From positions 17,360,001-17,424,000 of the forward strand of contig JBHGNT010000016.1 in the NCBI GenBank assembly GCA_043228905.1: a DNA stretch of 64,000 nt, given 5' to 3'. Of the stretch, positions 49,301-63,700 are shown piece after piece. The DNA is from Azolla caroliniana. Lineage: Eukaryota > Plantae > Polypodiophyta. The stretch's first letter is position 1; every line of letters begins with the position of its first letter. A model generated the notes under the pieces. That model had not been told where the DNA came from, did no database searches, and worked only from the letters and a program-made list of their open reading frames with translations. The position numbers and the translations under genes are program-made.

Positions 49301-50431
49301 AATTTTTTACTTGGTTACGATGTGATTCTAAGAAGTTGGTGTGAGGTTTTTTCTTGAACCTTAAAGTATGTATGCAACAACCATTTTCCATGGCAATGAT
49401 CTCAATGTGAATTGATATAGTCCAAGAAGTGTGAGCATGTACCTTGACTTAAAGAAACTTCATGAAAGACAAAGGGAGACAAATAAAAGGAAGGCAAATC
49501 ATGCATTCAAATGTATAAGTATGTGAACCTCGTTTGATAAACCTTGTGGATAATGATATCATCTGATGGCCATTATCCACATTGCCTATTCTTGTGACTC
49601 ATATGCCAAAATTGGTGGAGAGGTACCTTGGAGAGACCAATTATATGATTATAATAAATCAATGGTCATGGTGTATATAAGTTAATTGAATACAAAGATT
49701 GGTTGTTGTGAGGTGTCGCTTACATGGTGTGAATGTTGGATGTTGGATGACAAAGACAAAATTCCCATTCGGTGCAAACATGTTTCTTTAGTAGTTAATG
49801 GTGGACATATTGCCTTTTCCTAATAAATTTAAAACACCAAGACATTTAGTTTAAGATGGCACATAAATGTTTTGACACAATATTTCAGGAGTATGCTATG
49901 CACATATTTCTTACATGCCTAGTTGTTAAAGTCATTTGGGTTGCTACATCACCCTTTCAAAGGCTTTTCACTTAGGGACACATGGGTTTACCTTTCCCAT
50001 CATATAGTGTGGTGTTTATGTACTTGGGTATTGGGATCAATTACATAATTATCACATGACAAATGAGTTCTTGTATATGGTCTCGAGTGTCCACTCAATA
50101 CCACTATAGGTACATAACTTGAAAGGAAAATAAATTTGTCAATTCTTGCAACCAAGGCCCTTTGGCCCTATTGAAGGAGTTACCCTTGTAACAATGAGCC
50201 TTACAACACTTTTGTCGGTTTACTTTGCCATAAAAGAGCCTAAAGATTATAGTAGGGTCACCAAGGCTTTCTTTTATTGCCATCTTATTTTAGAATCTTT
50301 ATTACTTTTACATAGAGCGAGATAGCTCCCTTCAGGACATTTGATAAATTTGGAATGAAATAGAGAAGATTAGGATGACAAGAGATCGATAGATAGATAT
50401 TTTTTTAACGTCCATGGGAGAGTGAGAGCGC

Positions 50432-50432
<1 letters not shown>

Positions 50433-50475
<43 letters not shown>
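50433..50475. repeat. (GA)n microsatellite
   Basis: Direct reading of the sequence. Confidence 0.9.
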
Positions 50476-50479
<4 letters not shown>

Positions 50480-52568
50480 TCCAACCCTTATGTTTGGTAG
50501 TACTCAATTAGTAAAGTGATATTTAAACCCCTGGGCATGGGTTAGCATAGTTATAACTTATAACTTAAAGAATACTGAGCATACAATATGTGTAGAATAC
50601 ATATGCTAGGTATTCTATCCCTTCTTAAAATACTTCTTAAATTTTAAAGTTATTTAATTTGTTTTCATTCTTAGGATACGTGAAATATTTAAAAATGGCA
50701 GCTCTAACACGTAGGACACGTAGGATATGTGTAGAATACTTCAGAGTAATCCAAAATGCTTAGAGTGTTTTCAGCAACTACTTAGCACAAACTATTAGGG
50801 TACTCCTACTATAAAAAAAGGACCTTTGCTCATTACTACACAATGTATGTGCATGTGGGTTAGGTTGAGCTCAGTTATTGAATGCACGAATAATGTTGTA
50901 CCTCCTTTTACACAATAATTTGGCATCGATGTAAAAATAATAATGAACCTTTTGTAACCTCTACTAGGATGTCCTGCCCATGAATTCATATTTGTAAATT
51001 ATCATGACGCTTTGATATGATGCTTAAATAGGGACAATGATGATGACATGCTAAGATATATCACTTACCAACCTTCCACATCTTATCTCCTCTAAGTATG
51101 TTAGGTAGTTTGTGAGTTCTATTAAATGACTTGAGTCTCTCAATAAAGATCATGGACTTCATAACTTTTGACCGCCCATATTTATCCCTTCAAGATAAAA
51201 TGCATTATGGTCTTTAACATTTATGGATGAGTGAAAGTTTGCTCGATGCTTACCGAAGAAGCTGAGATTTATAGTTTGGTGCAATATATGTATTATAAAG
51301 AGTGTAAAGCATGCGCCCCTACATTTCGCCCAAGTTATGATCCAATGCCATTGAAAACAAAACTCGTTCACCAAGGAATTCATTAAGGTGTCATAAAGCA
51401 AATGTAATTCATTCCATCTTCTAACTCACTTATGCATATATTGAATGTAGAACTTAATATTTTGCTTTTGTGTGCCTATAAAATATATTGAATCCTATGC
51501 AATTCTATGAAGTTGATATCAATGTCATTTTGAATCTTAAGGGGGTACACCACACCCCTCTCCATGTCATTGATCTCAAATTAGTAAAGTGATTAGGTCT
51601 CAAGAAGTAGGAACATGTCAATGACATTTTGTACATTTACTCTAAAAAACTTCACAAGGAAATACTTTGAACATTCTCAAATTCTTTCCAAGTAGACATA
51701 GAAATGCTACCACACCATGTATGTCAATCTCATAGAGACACAATAATATCAAAATATTGTATACGTTTTTTAATGCAAAATAAACCTTTTCCAATTCGAT
51801 AAGCAACTAATATTACATTCATTGCATTTATGATTGGTAGGAGCCTCAAGTGAACATATTTGAAACTTTCTCTCTTTTGGAGTGGCTCAAAATTGTTCAC
51901 CATGCATGGTTGAATAATCGAGAGTCTTCAACCACATCATTTGTTTAGACCAAAAACATAATACCTACATCCCTAATGGTAGTCTTGATGTCTTATTGTT
52001 TTACAAAATCATCAACCATTGATTTGATTCATGGGTGCATAATCCAAAGAGAGTTGGTAAGAGTACTATTAATTTTGTCTCCCATACACGTACAACATAC
52101 AACCTTCTCATAGATGTGAGAATATGCAAACATGTATGCACTTGATTCTAGGGATTCTTCCATAAATTTTTTGAAAGATTGGCACAAGACAGCATAAGAA
52201 AACTTCTTGAGGTTTATAAAGCGACAATGTAATCATTTATAAAGTTTGTCCATTAGGACTTGAAGAATGGCAAAATGAACAATGGTCCTATGATATTTTT
52301 GAAATACTATTCGTGCTTAAGACCTCTTTTTTCCTCAAGTTATACACTTAACTATGTGTCAATACCCTACTACTCGTAAGATTTGAAAATACATATAAGA
52401 TATTTGGCTAGTTTTATTTCAATGTTACTTAGACTTGCCTACACAATGGACTTTTGTTTAGCAAACACAACATGGGCCCAAACGATGATATGGGGATCAT
52501 TTTTTTACCTTTTTCAGATTTTAGGGGTTGTGTTGTGAGTTATGAGCACAATTAACATGTTTTGTAAT

Positions 52569-52576
<8 letters not shown>

Positions 52577-52619
<43 letters not shown>
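52577..52619. repeat. (GA)n microsatellite
   Basis: Direct reading of the sequence. Confidence 0.9.
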
Positions 52620-52622
<3 letters not shown>

Positions 52623-55087
52623 CCATCATGTCCAGATGGATCTCCATATCAATATTGATCTTTCGTTTATTACTATTGTAGATAAGTGCATAAGGAATTT
52701 CACCTCCTTTGTGCCCTAATTATCGTATTGATTGTAACATCGCACATCGTATTGAAGTTCTTCGAGAATGTCACACTCATTCGAATTTGATTTCACAGAA
52801 GAGGATGAACGGGAGGTAGTCATTGCTCATCTTCAAGTTGAAAAGACTTGTTAGGAAGGAATGACAATATATATGAATTGTTATTTTATAAAAGACTCTT
52901 GGTTATTTCAGAATATTTGGTAAATTGGAGGTTCTAGAGGTGGGGCTTCTTAAACTTTTGTTGAAAGTCTCTTGTCCCCTTTTTATTTATGCCATTGGGA
53001 TCTAATTCACCATCGACGGCTTGTTTAAAACATCCATGAAACGCATAGCCAATAACAAGTTGAGTCTTGTGCCATATATCTTTCTTATATTGTTGCCTCG
53101 AAATCAAAAGGCCTGGGATCGGATCACAAAACTAATTATATTCTTGCTTTGGAAGAAAATTGGAATGGATGGAAACACCATTTTCCCTCTTCAATGGATA
53201 ATGGGTAGTGCGACTCCTCTAAACATATCGTGGAAATATATGTCTTTTGATGTTCCAAACTTTGTGCTAGGCTACCCAACCATGGCCACAAAGGTAGGCA
53301 TGGTAAAAAAACCCACCAATGTCGTGGTAGGATGTCATGAATAATGTCATGACACATCAACTAACCATTTCATGGCAACATAGTCCGTGTTTCAATCAAC
53401 ATCCTATGTCTAATCGTTTGTAGATTTAAATCACAGCAAACAAAGGGTTGGGCAATGTCATGTCACAACTCTTCTATGGGAAATATGCTTTTAATTGTTC
53501 CAAACTTTGTGTGAGGTTACCCAACCATGGATATAAAGAATGGGTTACTTCTTTGAGAAAGCATTATAAAACACACAACCATCAACATTGTGGTAGGATG
53601 TCATGACACATAAGCGAACCATTTCATGGCTAATCATTTGTAGAATAACTTAATGGGACAATGCCATGCCATTTAGAGGGATAAAAAGGAATTGCATAAA
53701 GAATCAATTTAACTATATGATATGATTGACTTGATTATAGTACAATATGTTGTTCTTTCATAATACGAAGAAAGATGATGGCATTCCGATCATTATTGCC
53801 ACTACTTTGAGGTGCCAAAGTGTCATTGAGCCCATTTGGAGACAATTCTGGCATGTTTACAAAGGCCACATACGATTTCATTACAATATAAGGTATTGCA
53901 CTTTCATCACAAAAGAAAGATGATGACATTTGGTACAATGTGGCACGTCATCATAGAAGAAAGATTATGCTATTTCATACAATTGGGCACCGCTTCAGGG
54001 GTGTCAAAATGCCAATGAACCAATTTGGATACAACTTTGGACCCATCTTGGTCAAATTGGTTCTTAGTGTATTGTAAGTAAATGTCTGTGATTGTACATA
54101 GTAGAGATGTATTAATAGGCAATCATGCACAGTTGCACAGTAAGGTGTCAAAGGAAGGGAGAAGGAACAAGTCAATGCCATGGATGCCACAATAAGCTCC
54201 GGTTTTAACTTGCAAGATGGTTGTTTGCAATCTTGTGTTTCATCGTACCAAGCACCATCTGAGTGTCTAAGGTGATTCGTTGGTTTGCTCATTAACTCCT
54301 AGTGGCATTTCTATGTGCATCAAGTTGACCTTACTTAGTATTATCTGAGAAGATTTCCATTACAAGAGACTTAGAAACCAATACGTCTCGCGGGACTGAA
54401 AAAAAGAGCACAACCCAAGGACTTCACAGGGCACCACTAATCTTGATAAAACTCCAAGGTGAACGAGGCGCCTCACACATGCGTGACAGGTTGCAAAAAT
54501 CGAGTTCTCATGAGTGTGTGTGTCAACCAATCCTATGATAGGATTCCCAAAAGAGAGAGAATCAACGGCTTGGAATGACGTTTCGACAAGAGTACTTTTC
54601 AATAAATAAAAAACTCATTGGGGCTTTCATCATTGTTTCAAACTCAGGCTAAACCCTCCCAAGTCCATCCATCCAACCATATGTATGTTTGTCTATTCGT
54701 CCATTTGTCTGTCTGTTTGTCCATTTGTTCGTCTATTCATCCGGCCATCATCTCTTTGTTTGTCCATCCGTCTAGAGCAACCATCACCATAACACCACAC
54801 ACACACACACACACACACATTGGCTTGCTCCTTCATTAGGGTTCTTGAAGGGCGATTTCCCCACACGGTTTCTTGTTGCCAATAGGAACAAAAAGCAAAA
54901 AGAAGAAAAGCAACAAAAAGGAAGAAGAAGCAGGCCCTTTCCAATCATGGGGAAAATAATAGGTAGTGTACATCATGTATTCAATATTTCTTGACACAAT
55001 TAAAGGCGCCAGCAGCTAATTAATTAAGCAGCCCAATCTAAGAAGCTAATCGAGTAATTAAGGCCTTAATCACATTGATTAATTAAG

Positions 55088-55418
55088 TCTTCTCTCCCCC
55101 CCCCATTCTCTCTCTCTCTCTCTCTCTCTGTGTCTCTCTTCTGTGTTTCTCTCTCCTCTGTTTCCTGTGTACATAAAAAGCTTCGATCCTGTACATTTCT
55201 TTTCTTTCTGCTCTTTCTCTGTCACTCTGTCACTCTGTCTTTCTGTCTCTGTTTCTCTGTCTCTGTCTCTCTGTCTGTCTCTCTCTCTCCATCTCTCTCG
55301 CCCTTTTACCTTACATGTATGTATACACATATATAATCCCCAATAAACCACTCTGCCACAGATCCATCGCTTCTCTATATTTCTGTTATTCTGTCATTAC
55401 ATCTTTCCTTCTTTCAGT
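55088..55418 (+). promoter_or_regulatory. CT-rich promoter/5' UTR of the MATE gene
   Basis: Long (CT)/(CTGT) tracts and tatataa at 55330-55336 upstream of the ATG at 55419. TSS unknown. Confidence 0.45.
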
Positions 55419-57717
55419 ATGTGCCAGCCACCATTAAACCTGCAGGAACAACCCATCTCTTCATCATCATCATCTTCTTCGTCTTCTTCTTCTTCCTCCT
55501 CCTCACCATCATCATTGTCTTCTTCTTCTTCTTCTTCTTCATGTAAACACACAACCAGTGGGCTCATCACTTACCCCCCTGCAGTCATCATGGCTATCCT
55601 CCCCTCCATACAAAAGAAGGAAGCCATGGATAATAACCACCACAGCTGCTGCTTAAGCAGTAACGGTTGCAATAACACTGACGCCTGTTCCATGGCACCT
55701 AATTCTTCCGGCTTTGATGACGACGAAGATCTGAAACGCTTCCCGACACCGTCAGAGGTAGGAAGCAAAAACGAATCCCTAACAAAAAAAACAGAAGAAG
55801 AAGAAGAAAGAGAAGGAGAAGGAGAAGGAAGAGAAGGAGAGAGGAAGAAAAGAAAAAGAAAAACCCTAAATAAAGAAGCAGATCTAATGTTGTGTTCATA
55901 TGCTTCCACCTCCTTCATTCTTCTTCCTTCTTCTTCTTCTTCTTCTTTGATTTTTGATTTTTCATTGATTGATTGATTGATTGCTGGTTGTCGATGATGA
56001 TGATGATGAAGAGGATTCGAACCCTTGACCTCAAGGCGGAGGCGGAGGAGGCACACAGAGGGTTCGGAACAAGAAATTGTACACAATTCTGATCTTCTTG
56101 CTGTGTCTGTTATTCTGTCTCTCCCTCTCTCCCTCCCCCCTCCCCTCCCCCAAAAAAACACAGGTAACAGCAGAGATGAAGAGGATGGGCAGGATCGCAG
56201 GTCCCATGGTGTGCTTGGGCCTGCTCCTCTACGGGCGAATGGTGACCTCCATGTTCTACCTAGGGCGGCTCGGGGAGCTGGAGCTGGCGGGCGGCTCGCT
56301 GGCCATCGGCTTGGCCAACATAACCTGCTACTCGGTCCTCTCGGGCTTGGCCCTGGGCATGGAGCCCATCTGCGGCCAAGCCTTCGGGGCCAAGAAGTGG
56401 AGCCTCATGGGCATGGCTCTGCAGAGGACCATTCTGGTGCTCCTCTGCTTCTGCGTGCCCATAGCCATCCTGTGGCTGCACATGGACACCATCCTGCGCT
56501 GGTGTGGCCAAGACGCGAGCTTGAGCGCCATGGCCAGCACATACCTGCTCTACTCGCTGCCCGATCTGGTGGCACAGGCGGTGCTCAACCCGCTGCGGAT
56601 CTATCTCAGGACCCAATCCATCACCACCCCACTCACGCTCTGCACCTTCCTGGCCCTGCTCTTCCACCTGGCCATCAATTATGGGCTCGTCCATGTCCTG
56701 GGCATGGGCATCCGCGGCGTGGCCCTCGCCGCCGCCTGGACCGACTTCAACCTCGTCTTCTTCCTCCTCTTCTATCTCCGCTGCTCCGGCACCCACAAGA
56801 AGACGTGGGGCGGCTGGTCCATGGAGTGCTTCAAAGGCTGGAAGCCATTGCTCCACCTCGCCCTCCCCAGCTGCCTCTCCGTCTGCCTCGAGTGGTGGTG
56901 GTACGAGCTCATGATCGTGTTCTCGAGCTTCCTCCTCGACGAGCCGAAAGCCACGGTGGCCGCCATGGGCATCTTAATCCAGACCACCTCGTTGGTCTAC
57001 ATCTTCCCGTCCTCGCTCAGCCTCGCCGTGTCCACACGCGTCGGCAACGAGCTGGGCGCCAACCGCCCCGTCCGCGCCCGCTTCGCCATGCAGGTCGCGC
57101 TCCTCTCGGCCTCGGTCCTCGCCGTCCTTGCCATGGCCTTCACCACCACCATGCGCCACGTGTGGGGCTCCATCTTCACTAGGGACGACCGCATCCTCTC
57201 ACTCGTGGCCCTCGCCATGCCCATCGTGGGGCTTTGCGAGCTCGGGAATTGCCCCCAGACGGCTGGGTGCGGGGTCCTCCGGGGCAGCGCCAGGCCCACC
57301 ACGGGCGCCCACATAAACCTCGGCTCCTTCTATATAGTGGGCCTCCCGGTCGCACTGTTCCTTGGCCTCCGGATCGGGTTCGTCGGGCTCTGGTGTGGCC
57401 TCCTCGCCGCCCAAGCCACGTGCGCCGCCCTTATGTTCCTCGTCTTGGGTAAAACCGATTGGAACCTCCAAGCCAAGCGGGCGAAGCAACTCATGAGTAG
57501 TAGTAGCTCTCTCGTCCATCCAACTACTACTACTACTACTTTGGCATTGTCGTCCACCACGTCTTCGTCTCCCGACAAGGTTCTCAACACTACTACTACT
57601 ACTAGTACTACTACTAACAATACTCACTCATTTGATCAACATGGGTACAAAGTAGAGACACATGAGCTAGAGCATTTGATCTCAATCAAAGTCGAATCCA
57701 CAACCGACGTTTCGTGA
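55419..57717 (+). CDS. MATE/DETOXIFICATION transporter, DTX48-56 (ABS3/ZRZ-like) subgroup; exons 55419-55757 and 56164-57717, ~630 aa
   Basis: ELELAGGSLAIGLANITCYSVLSGLALGMEPICGQAFGA, PSCLSVCLEWWWYE, STRVGNELGANRP and ELGNCPQT.GCGVLRGSARP. A phase-0 GT..AG intron (55758-56163) joins FPTPSE to VTAEMKRMGRIAGP, the usual N-terminal motif of this subgroup. Confidence 0.93.
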
Positions 57718-60700
57718 TGGGTTACCCCCCCCCCCCCCCCCCTTCCAGTTGATTTGGATCAGATGAGAGAGATAGATCACTAACGAGAATGCCCATCCAT
57801 AATGTGTTGTTAGCAACGTCATTTTGTGTGCATGTCTCTTCTTGAGTAGAGAGGATCGATGTATTTGTTAGAGAGACGGGTGCTGCGAGGAGGACATAAC
57901 AAATATATATATATATATATATATATGGAGGAAGGTTGTCACCATCCAATTCGGATTCGGATTTAGATTCGGATCGATCAAGCAAACTAACCACAAATTT
58001 GGGCAAAATCCAAGCATGCATACAACCACAATCGATGTACACAACACATATAACATAGTGGCCGGTCACATTGTGTCTTCTTTTGTTCATTATACCTTCG
58101 TTGATTTGTGCTGACATTTGTTTGTGCATGCCGCGCGTGTGTGTTTGATTGTTTGTTTGAGGAAGAAATACTGGGATTCAGGATCCTCTCAAGAGAAGAG
58201 TGTTATATATAAAAGGAAAATTTGTCTTCTTAGGAATGAAGGTTAACTAAGGTGTAGACTTACAAGCTTTGTAACCAACACTAAACCCAACAAGATGAGC
58301 AATGGATGTTTTTCCCTCCCCCTTTCATGTTGTGTCAAGTGTACTCTACTTGTAATCAAAATCCTTTTTTTTTGTAGAGATTTTCTTCTTCATGGAAAAG
58401 CATATTGACTACCCATTGAGATGCTCTTTTTATATGTGATGATGATCGCATTGCAGTGTGCATTACAACATTGCATTGTAAGCTTAGTAACAATAGCATT
58501 GTAAGTAAGAACAGTCAACTTCGACATTGGGTGTAGCCATTGCCAAATGGCATTAGACGGAACAATTGCCTAGATGTTTAATATGGTCAAAACCATTGTG
58601 ATATATCGAGGTTGAAGATCCATTATGTCGCATGTTTTATAGCTATTATTAGCATGTCCATGATGCATTGGGTGAAATGTTGTATGTTTGGGTTCAAGAT
58701 CTAATGACACGTCGTGTCGGAAGCTTTTTATTAGCAATCGCATCTTAAAGTTTGGAGATGGCTTGCATGTATTATTTACATCACTTTTTTAAGGGTTGTG
58801 AAAATTTGTCAATGTCAATGTAGTAAAGCCAAAAATTTATGAGCATGCTGGCGTAAGCGTGTGAGCCTTGAACTATAGGTATGCTGTGAAGAGTTTTTAC
58901 AATGAACAAATGCAACATTAGACTTGTTGCTCGATCGAGTATCCACCCACAACCTTAAAGTCGTAAAACACAAATTTTACGACTATATGATCATGCTTGC
59001 ATTTGAAGCGCTATGATCTGTCAGATGTTAAAATACTCTTGTACAATGTACAAAATACAATGCTATCACATGTGTGATTTATGTCGCATATAAAGTGTCT
59101 TCGTAGAAATCAATGCCATGTGGTGGTATAATGAATGTGGGGCAAATGAAAACCCCCTATTAATATTAATGAGATGTGGTGTGCATGTATGCCATTTTTT
59201 CTTAGACTGACATTACGCCATCTACAACATGTATGTCAGTCTCGACAGGATTTGTCCTTTTGGTAGACCTAATTTGTTAAATTGTATGTTCTCGATCTCA
59301 CCTTTATATATGGATTACATAAACTATGACATGCATACATGGATATACCTGGATGGATGTTATATAACTGAGAGTAGTCCTCCGGACACTTTTCTTATGT
59401 GCGTAGGCATGCATGTCAAATGGGCAGATCTACACCTAATGGTTAAATGCAATGAATATACGAGTGGCGTTATTCAATCCATTCATATGTGAACCTTTGC
59501 TTATGGAACTAAAATAAAGCATTTCAATGTTGACATGTCAACATTGAGAAGATCATAAACACATGGATGTCGCGAAGGATGTGCACAAATGTATGATCAA
59601 AGTTTGCTAATCAAGTAAGTTCTAGACTCAAATGTTCCGCTCAATGTTTCTTTATTGGATTATAGTTAATTTGGAGAAAACAATGTTTGAACAATGCCAC
59701 AGGAGGCCTTAGCTGAATGACTAGGCAGGCAGTGGAATTTGCCAAACATTGAATGGACGGACACATTATCTTGCATGTTTTCTTTTGTTTAGTGGAAACC
59801 ATAATCGTGATGTCTATGAAGGTTACATTTCATCTCCATTAGTGTTCAACGACACTTTTTGACTCTCTAATTAAAACATTGAATTCTCTCAATTTAAAAT
59901 TTGTGAGTTGCATCGCCATATGTTTAATGTAAAAATTTCATGAATGAAAAGCATATTGAGAAATGCTTAACATCTAATCAAGAAAACTTTTCTCTACGTT
60001 TTGCTTGATCTCCTTAACTAGTTATGAGCCACAACCCCCATTGAACCGCCTTCCAAGGAACATGCAACATGGCTGGGTCATCTAATTTAACAATGGTAAA
60101 AACTCCATGAATAACATATGCTCACTAAAAGTTTGCCTGCAAACTCGGAACCATTGAGCTACATTTTAGTCATGGAATATACATATGCCTCAACATGGAG
60201 AACGTTTGGGCCCACAACACTGTTGGCCCTTGTCTCACATCTAGCTTGGTAATAGGTTGTCAGATGTGTGTTTCCAAAATATTCTTTATGAAGCATTTAC
60301 TTCTACATTGGTGTTTTAGAGCGCAATTCAAGGACATGTTTTCAATAATATGACTAACCGCCCCAAGACTTTGATCATACCATATTGAAGTGATGGGATC
60401 CACGACTAGAGTTAAAAATACAATGTATTGCTCAATTGTGGCAAATAACAAAAGTCAAACCCAACTTTAGCTTTCTCTATTTCAACCTTATTGAGGTTTA
60501 CCTTCTCCAAGTTTACTTCTGAGAAATTTTGATGGCTGTAATTGAATGACATAATGTATTTTAAATCCCATTCATTCGTCTAGTCACTTGAAGATCATAT
60601 CATTTAGTCAACTGGGCCCAACCTCCTCCCAAAGGCATCAATGTCAAAGTTTGTGGATTAAAAGACAAACTTGATTAACTATATTCTTGAATAACTAAGT

Positions 60701-63700
60701 CCTACAAATTTTTATAAATATCCAACCCTTCTCATGCCATACAACAGTTTAAAGGCATGTCCAATGTCAAAATTCGTGGATAAGAGGCAAGTTTGAATCA
60801 TCTCCGGTAAAAAATATTTGTATAGCTCTTTGTAATTTGAAGTTTTGAGTCCTTTCGACGTCGTATACGATTTAAGTGATGGCCATGGAAGTATTGACCT
60901 TTTTTCACGATACTCATTTTATCATGTTTATGCCTTTATTAGACCATATTAGATGGACAATTCCATGCCATAGGAAATGATGATTGTGCAAATGTTGACC
61001 TTTTTTCTAGTTTGAAAGAACACTTCATGTTGGGCTAAAATTCATAAAAGTCATCGGGCATGTAAATTTTGCACTTCTTCAAAGGTGATGTATGACAAGA
61101 ACCTAAAGCTTCATACTATTAACCCTTGATATGTATACGTATTGACTTTTGGACACCAAATTTAAGCCCCAAAGCTACTACATTTTAACCATAAGAAAGT
61201 TTTTCAGCCATTCATGTAGCTTTGATTGTGCAATGTCTCCCAAATGTTTTTAGTGATGCAGAGTATTTTGGAGTTAGAACTTTTGATCTTTCCTAGTCGT
61301 TTTGCAAAGAATAAATATGTGGAGGTGACATTGTAACTTCGGTTGTGTTAAATTGAATGAGTTGATGTGAATGGTGGTGGCATAAATATATACATCACAC
61401 TTGGAATAAATATGTTGTAGGTGAGGGCACTGAGAAAACCCATGATCTAAGCATTGCTCGCAGAAACTCTCGAAAGCCATAAGTCACGATGTTAAGATTC
61501 TACATTTGTGATGTCTATAGATTCTAGCCTAGATCCTAAACAACCAAATTATGGTGACATAGCCCATCGAAATGGCCTTTGGATTTTTTAGTTACTATAA
61601 ATTGTGGGGGGTGGGACACTTACAAAGAAGGTCAAAATGGCCTTTGAAAAACATTAAATTAAGGGGAGATTTTCAAAGGAATTGCTACCATTGCATGCAA
61701 AAAACACTCTATCCTCATCCTCATCCTTCTCCTCATAAATATTGTTAATGCTATGATGATCATTTCGTCTCTTTAGACCCGGCTTTCTGAAGGTGACGTG
61801 GAAAGTGGATTATCGAGTTGAGGAAATTACTAGTCAATTGTTTTTTCATTCCATTACATTGAACCCAAACATTTGAATGCCATTAAAATTTCAGATTAAT
61901 GTTTGATTACATACTTTAATGGCCTCAGGATTGACAAGTTGTAACAATTAATCAAGCTTTTTTCCCCCGTGGACGAACAATTTTTTTCAATGAATAACTG
62001 GTGACAGTCCAATTAAGATAGCCACCGATCAAAGGTTCAATTGCTTATGAAAATCTTTGTTTTCACATATATTTCCATGCAATTCCTTTTGAACTGTAAA
62101 CATTATAATAAAATCCAAAATTTAACTACTACATCATTTTGTCTCTTTTTTAGGTAGAGTAACACTTGGAGTCATTAACAAATAAGCATGAATAGAGACA
62201 TAATATCTTTAGGAACACACCCTCGCTTGATGAAGATCACATTACAAGGGACCAAACTTTGATGCTCCTCGATCATCGTCCCATTCATAAGATTGTATGC
62301 TTGAATGAATATCGTGTAGCAACAATAGTTCAAAGCTACTTGATGGATGCGACATACATAATCAAGCATTAGTTCCATGTTAGTGTTTGGAATGCAATAT
62401 AATGCTTGTACACACCTTGTTATGTGTCCCATCAAATATAAAACTATATAAGCCAATGGGAACCTTGTCTTTGTAGCTCAGACATCATGTAAGACAGCCA
62501 CAAATGATGGGATGAAAAGGTTTTGGTTTGCAAACCCAAGGTTGTGCTCAAGCAATAGATTTGGTGTTGTGTTGCATTATAAAACCTCTTCATAATTTTA
62601 GTTGGAGGTCACACATACGAATGATTTTCTTTGGGAAAAATGTATTCGTGACATTGACCTTACCAGTTTTTTCACAAGACAAGTGGTGAAAACAATTATA
62701 TTGCCCTTAAAAAAGTAAATCCTAATAAAGTTTTTTGCATATCCTTATGGTGAAATTTGTACATATCTGATAAACTAGTTTTGAGGTCGAGCTAACCCTG
62801 GATCAAGTCCACCTTTTCCTCGATTGTAATTGTCATATTAGTTGTTTGTGTATTATAGACAAGTTGTGAATATGATGTCAAAATGTTTGGAAATTGTGAT
62901 TCTTTTTATTCATTGGACTATTGCCCTAATGTTGTTCACACATAATTGATGCCCTGATTCAATAGATGGCATATTACTTCAATGTTGATAGAATAACTTA
63001 ATAGATTTATGAGCGTCTTTGATGTCTCCCTACCCAACACCTTTATATTATACCTTACACGCATATTATAAACACGTTAAACGCTGAGTGTAAGACAAAT
63101 GAATTCAATGTTTGCATATGATTAATTTTATTTGGACACTTATGTAAAATTCTCGGTGAAGAAAGGAAGTAAGACTCTTTAGATCATCATTAGAGGAAAT
63201 CAAGAGACAACACTTCTCTAAGATTTTATTTGTTGTTGATGTTGACTAATTTTTCACTAGCAAAAAGAGAAAGATGCCAATTTGAGCACTGCCCTTTACC
63301 TAGACAAAAAATGGATCTACTATCAACAAGAACTAGTTTTAATGGTTTGCTCATTTCCTTGATACTAATGCACCAAACCAATCGTTCTCCCTTGCCTATC
63401 AATGATTCCTTTGTGATTACTACTCACCTAACAAGATGGATTATATCCCTAATCAAAGCCGAGTGTTTACATTTAATTTTGGTTATATTTTTGCCTTTCT
63501 TGATTGTTTTTGTAAATTGGAAAAGCTGCGATGAGACAAACATCATCAAGTTATTCGATTCCAATTATCCAACCTTTAGAGAGTTCACTACGTTGTTGGC
63601 ACTTAGGACTATAATTCCGTCCACTACTATAGGCATAGATGCAATGAATCAGAATAATTGCCACAAAAAGTCAAGTAACGAATAATGTACAAACGTGGAT

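Noticed and set aside
47788-54600. Short ORFs in the intergenic region, including a faint CxC..C..H at ~48000-48100 and LINE-like text at ~53021-53200
   Set aside because: No recognisable domain could be supported by eye. They may be very old TE debris.
55758-55976. Continuation of the 185-aa ORF 55419-55976 as a separate protein
   Set aside because: After 55757 it is low-complexity read-through into the predicted intron.
56025-57627. Long overlapping ORFs (385 aa on +, 198 aa and 142 aa on -)
   Set aside because: These are shadow frames caused by the high GC3 of the MATE exon.
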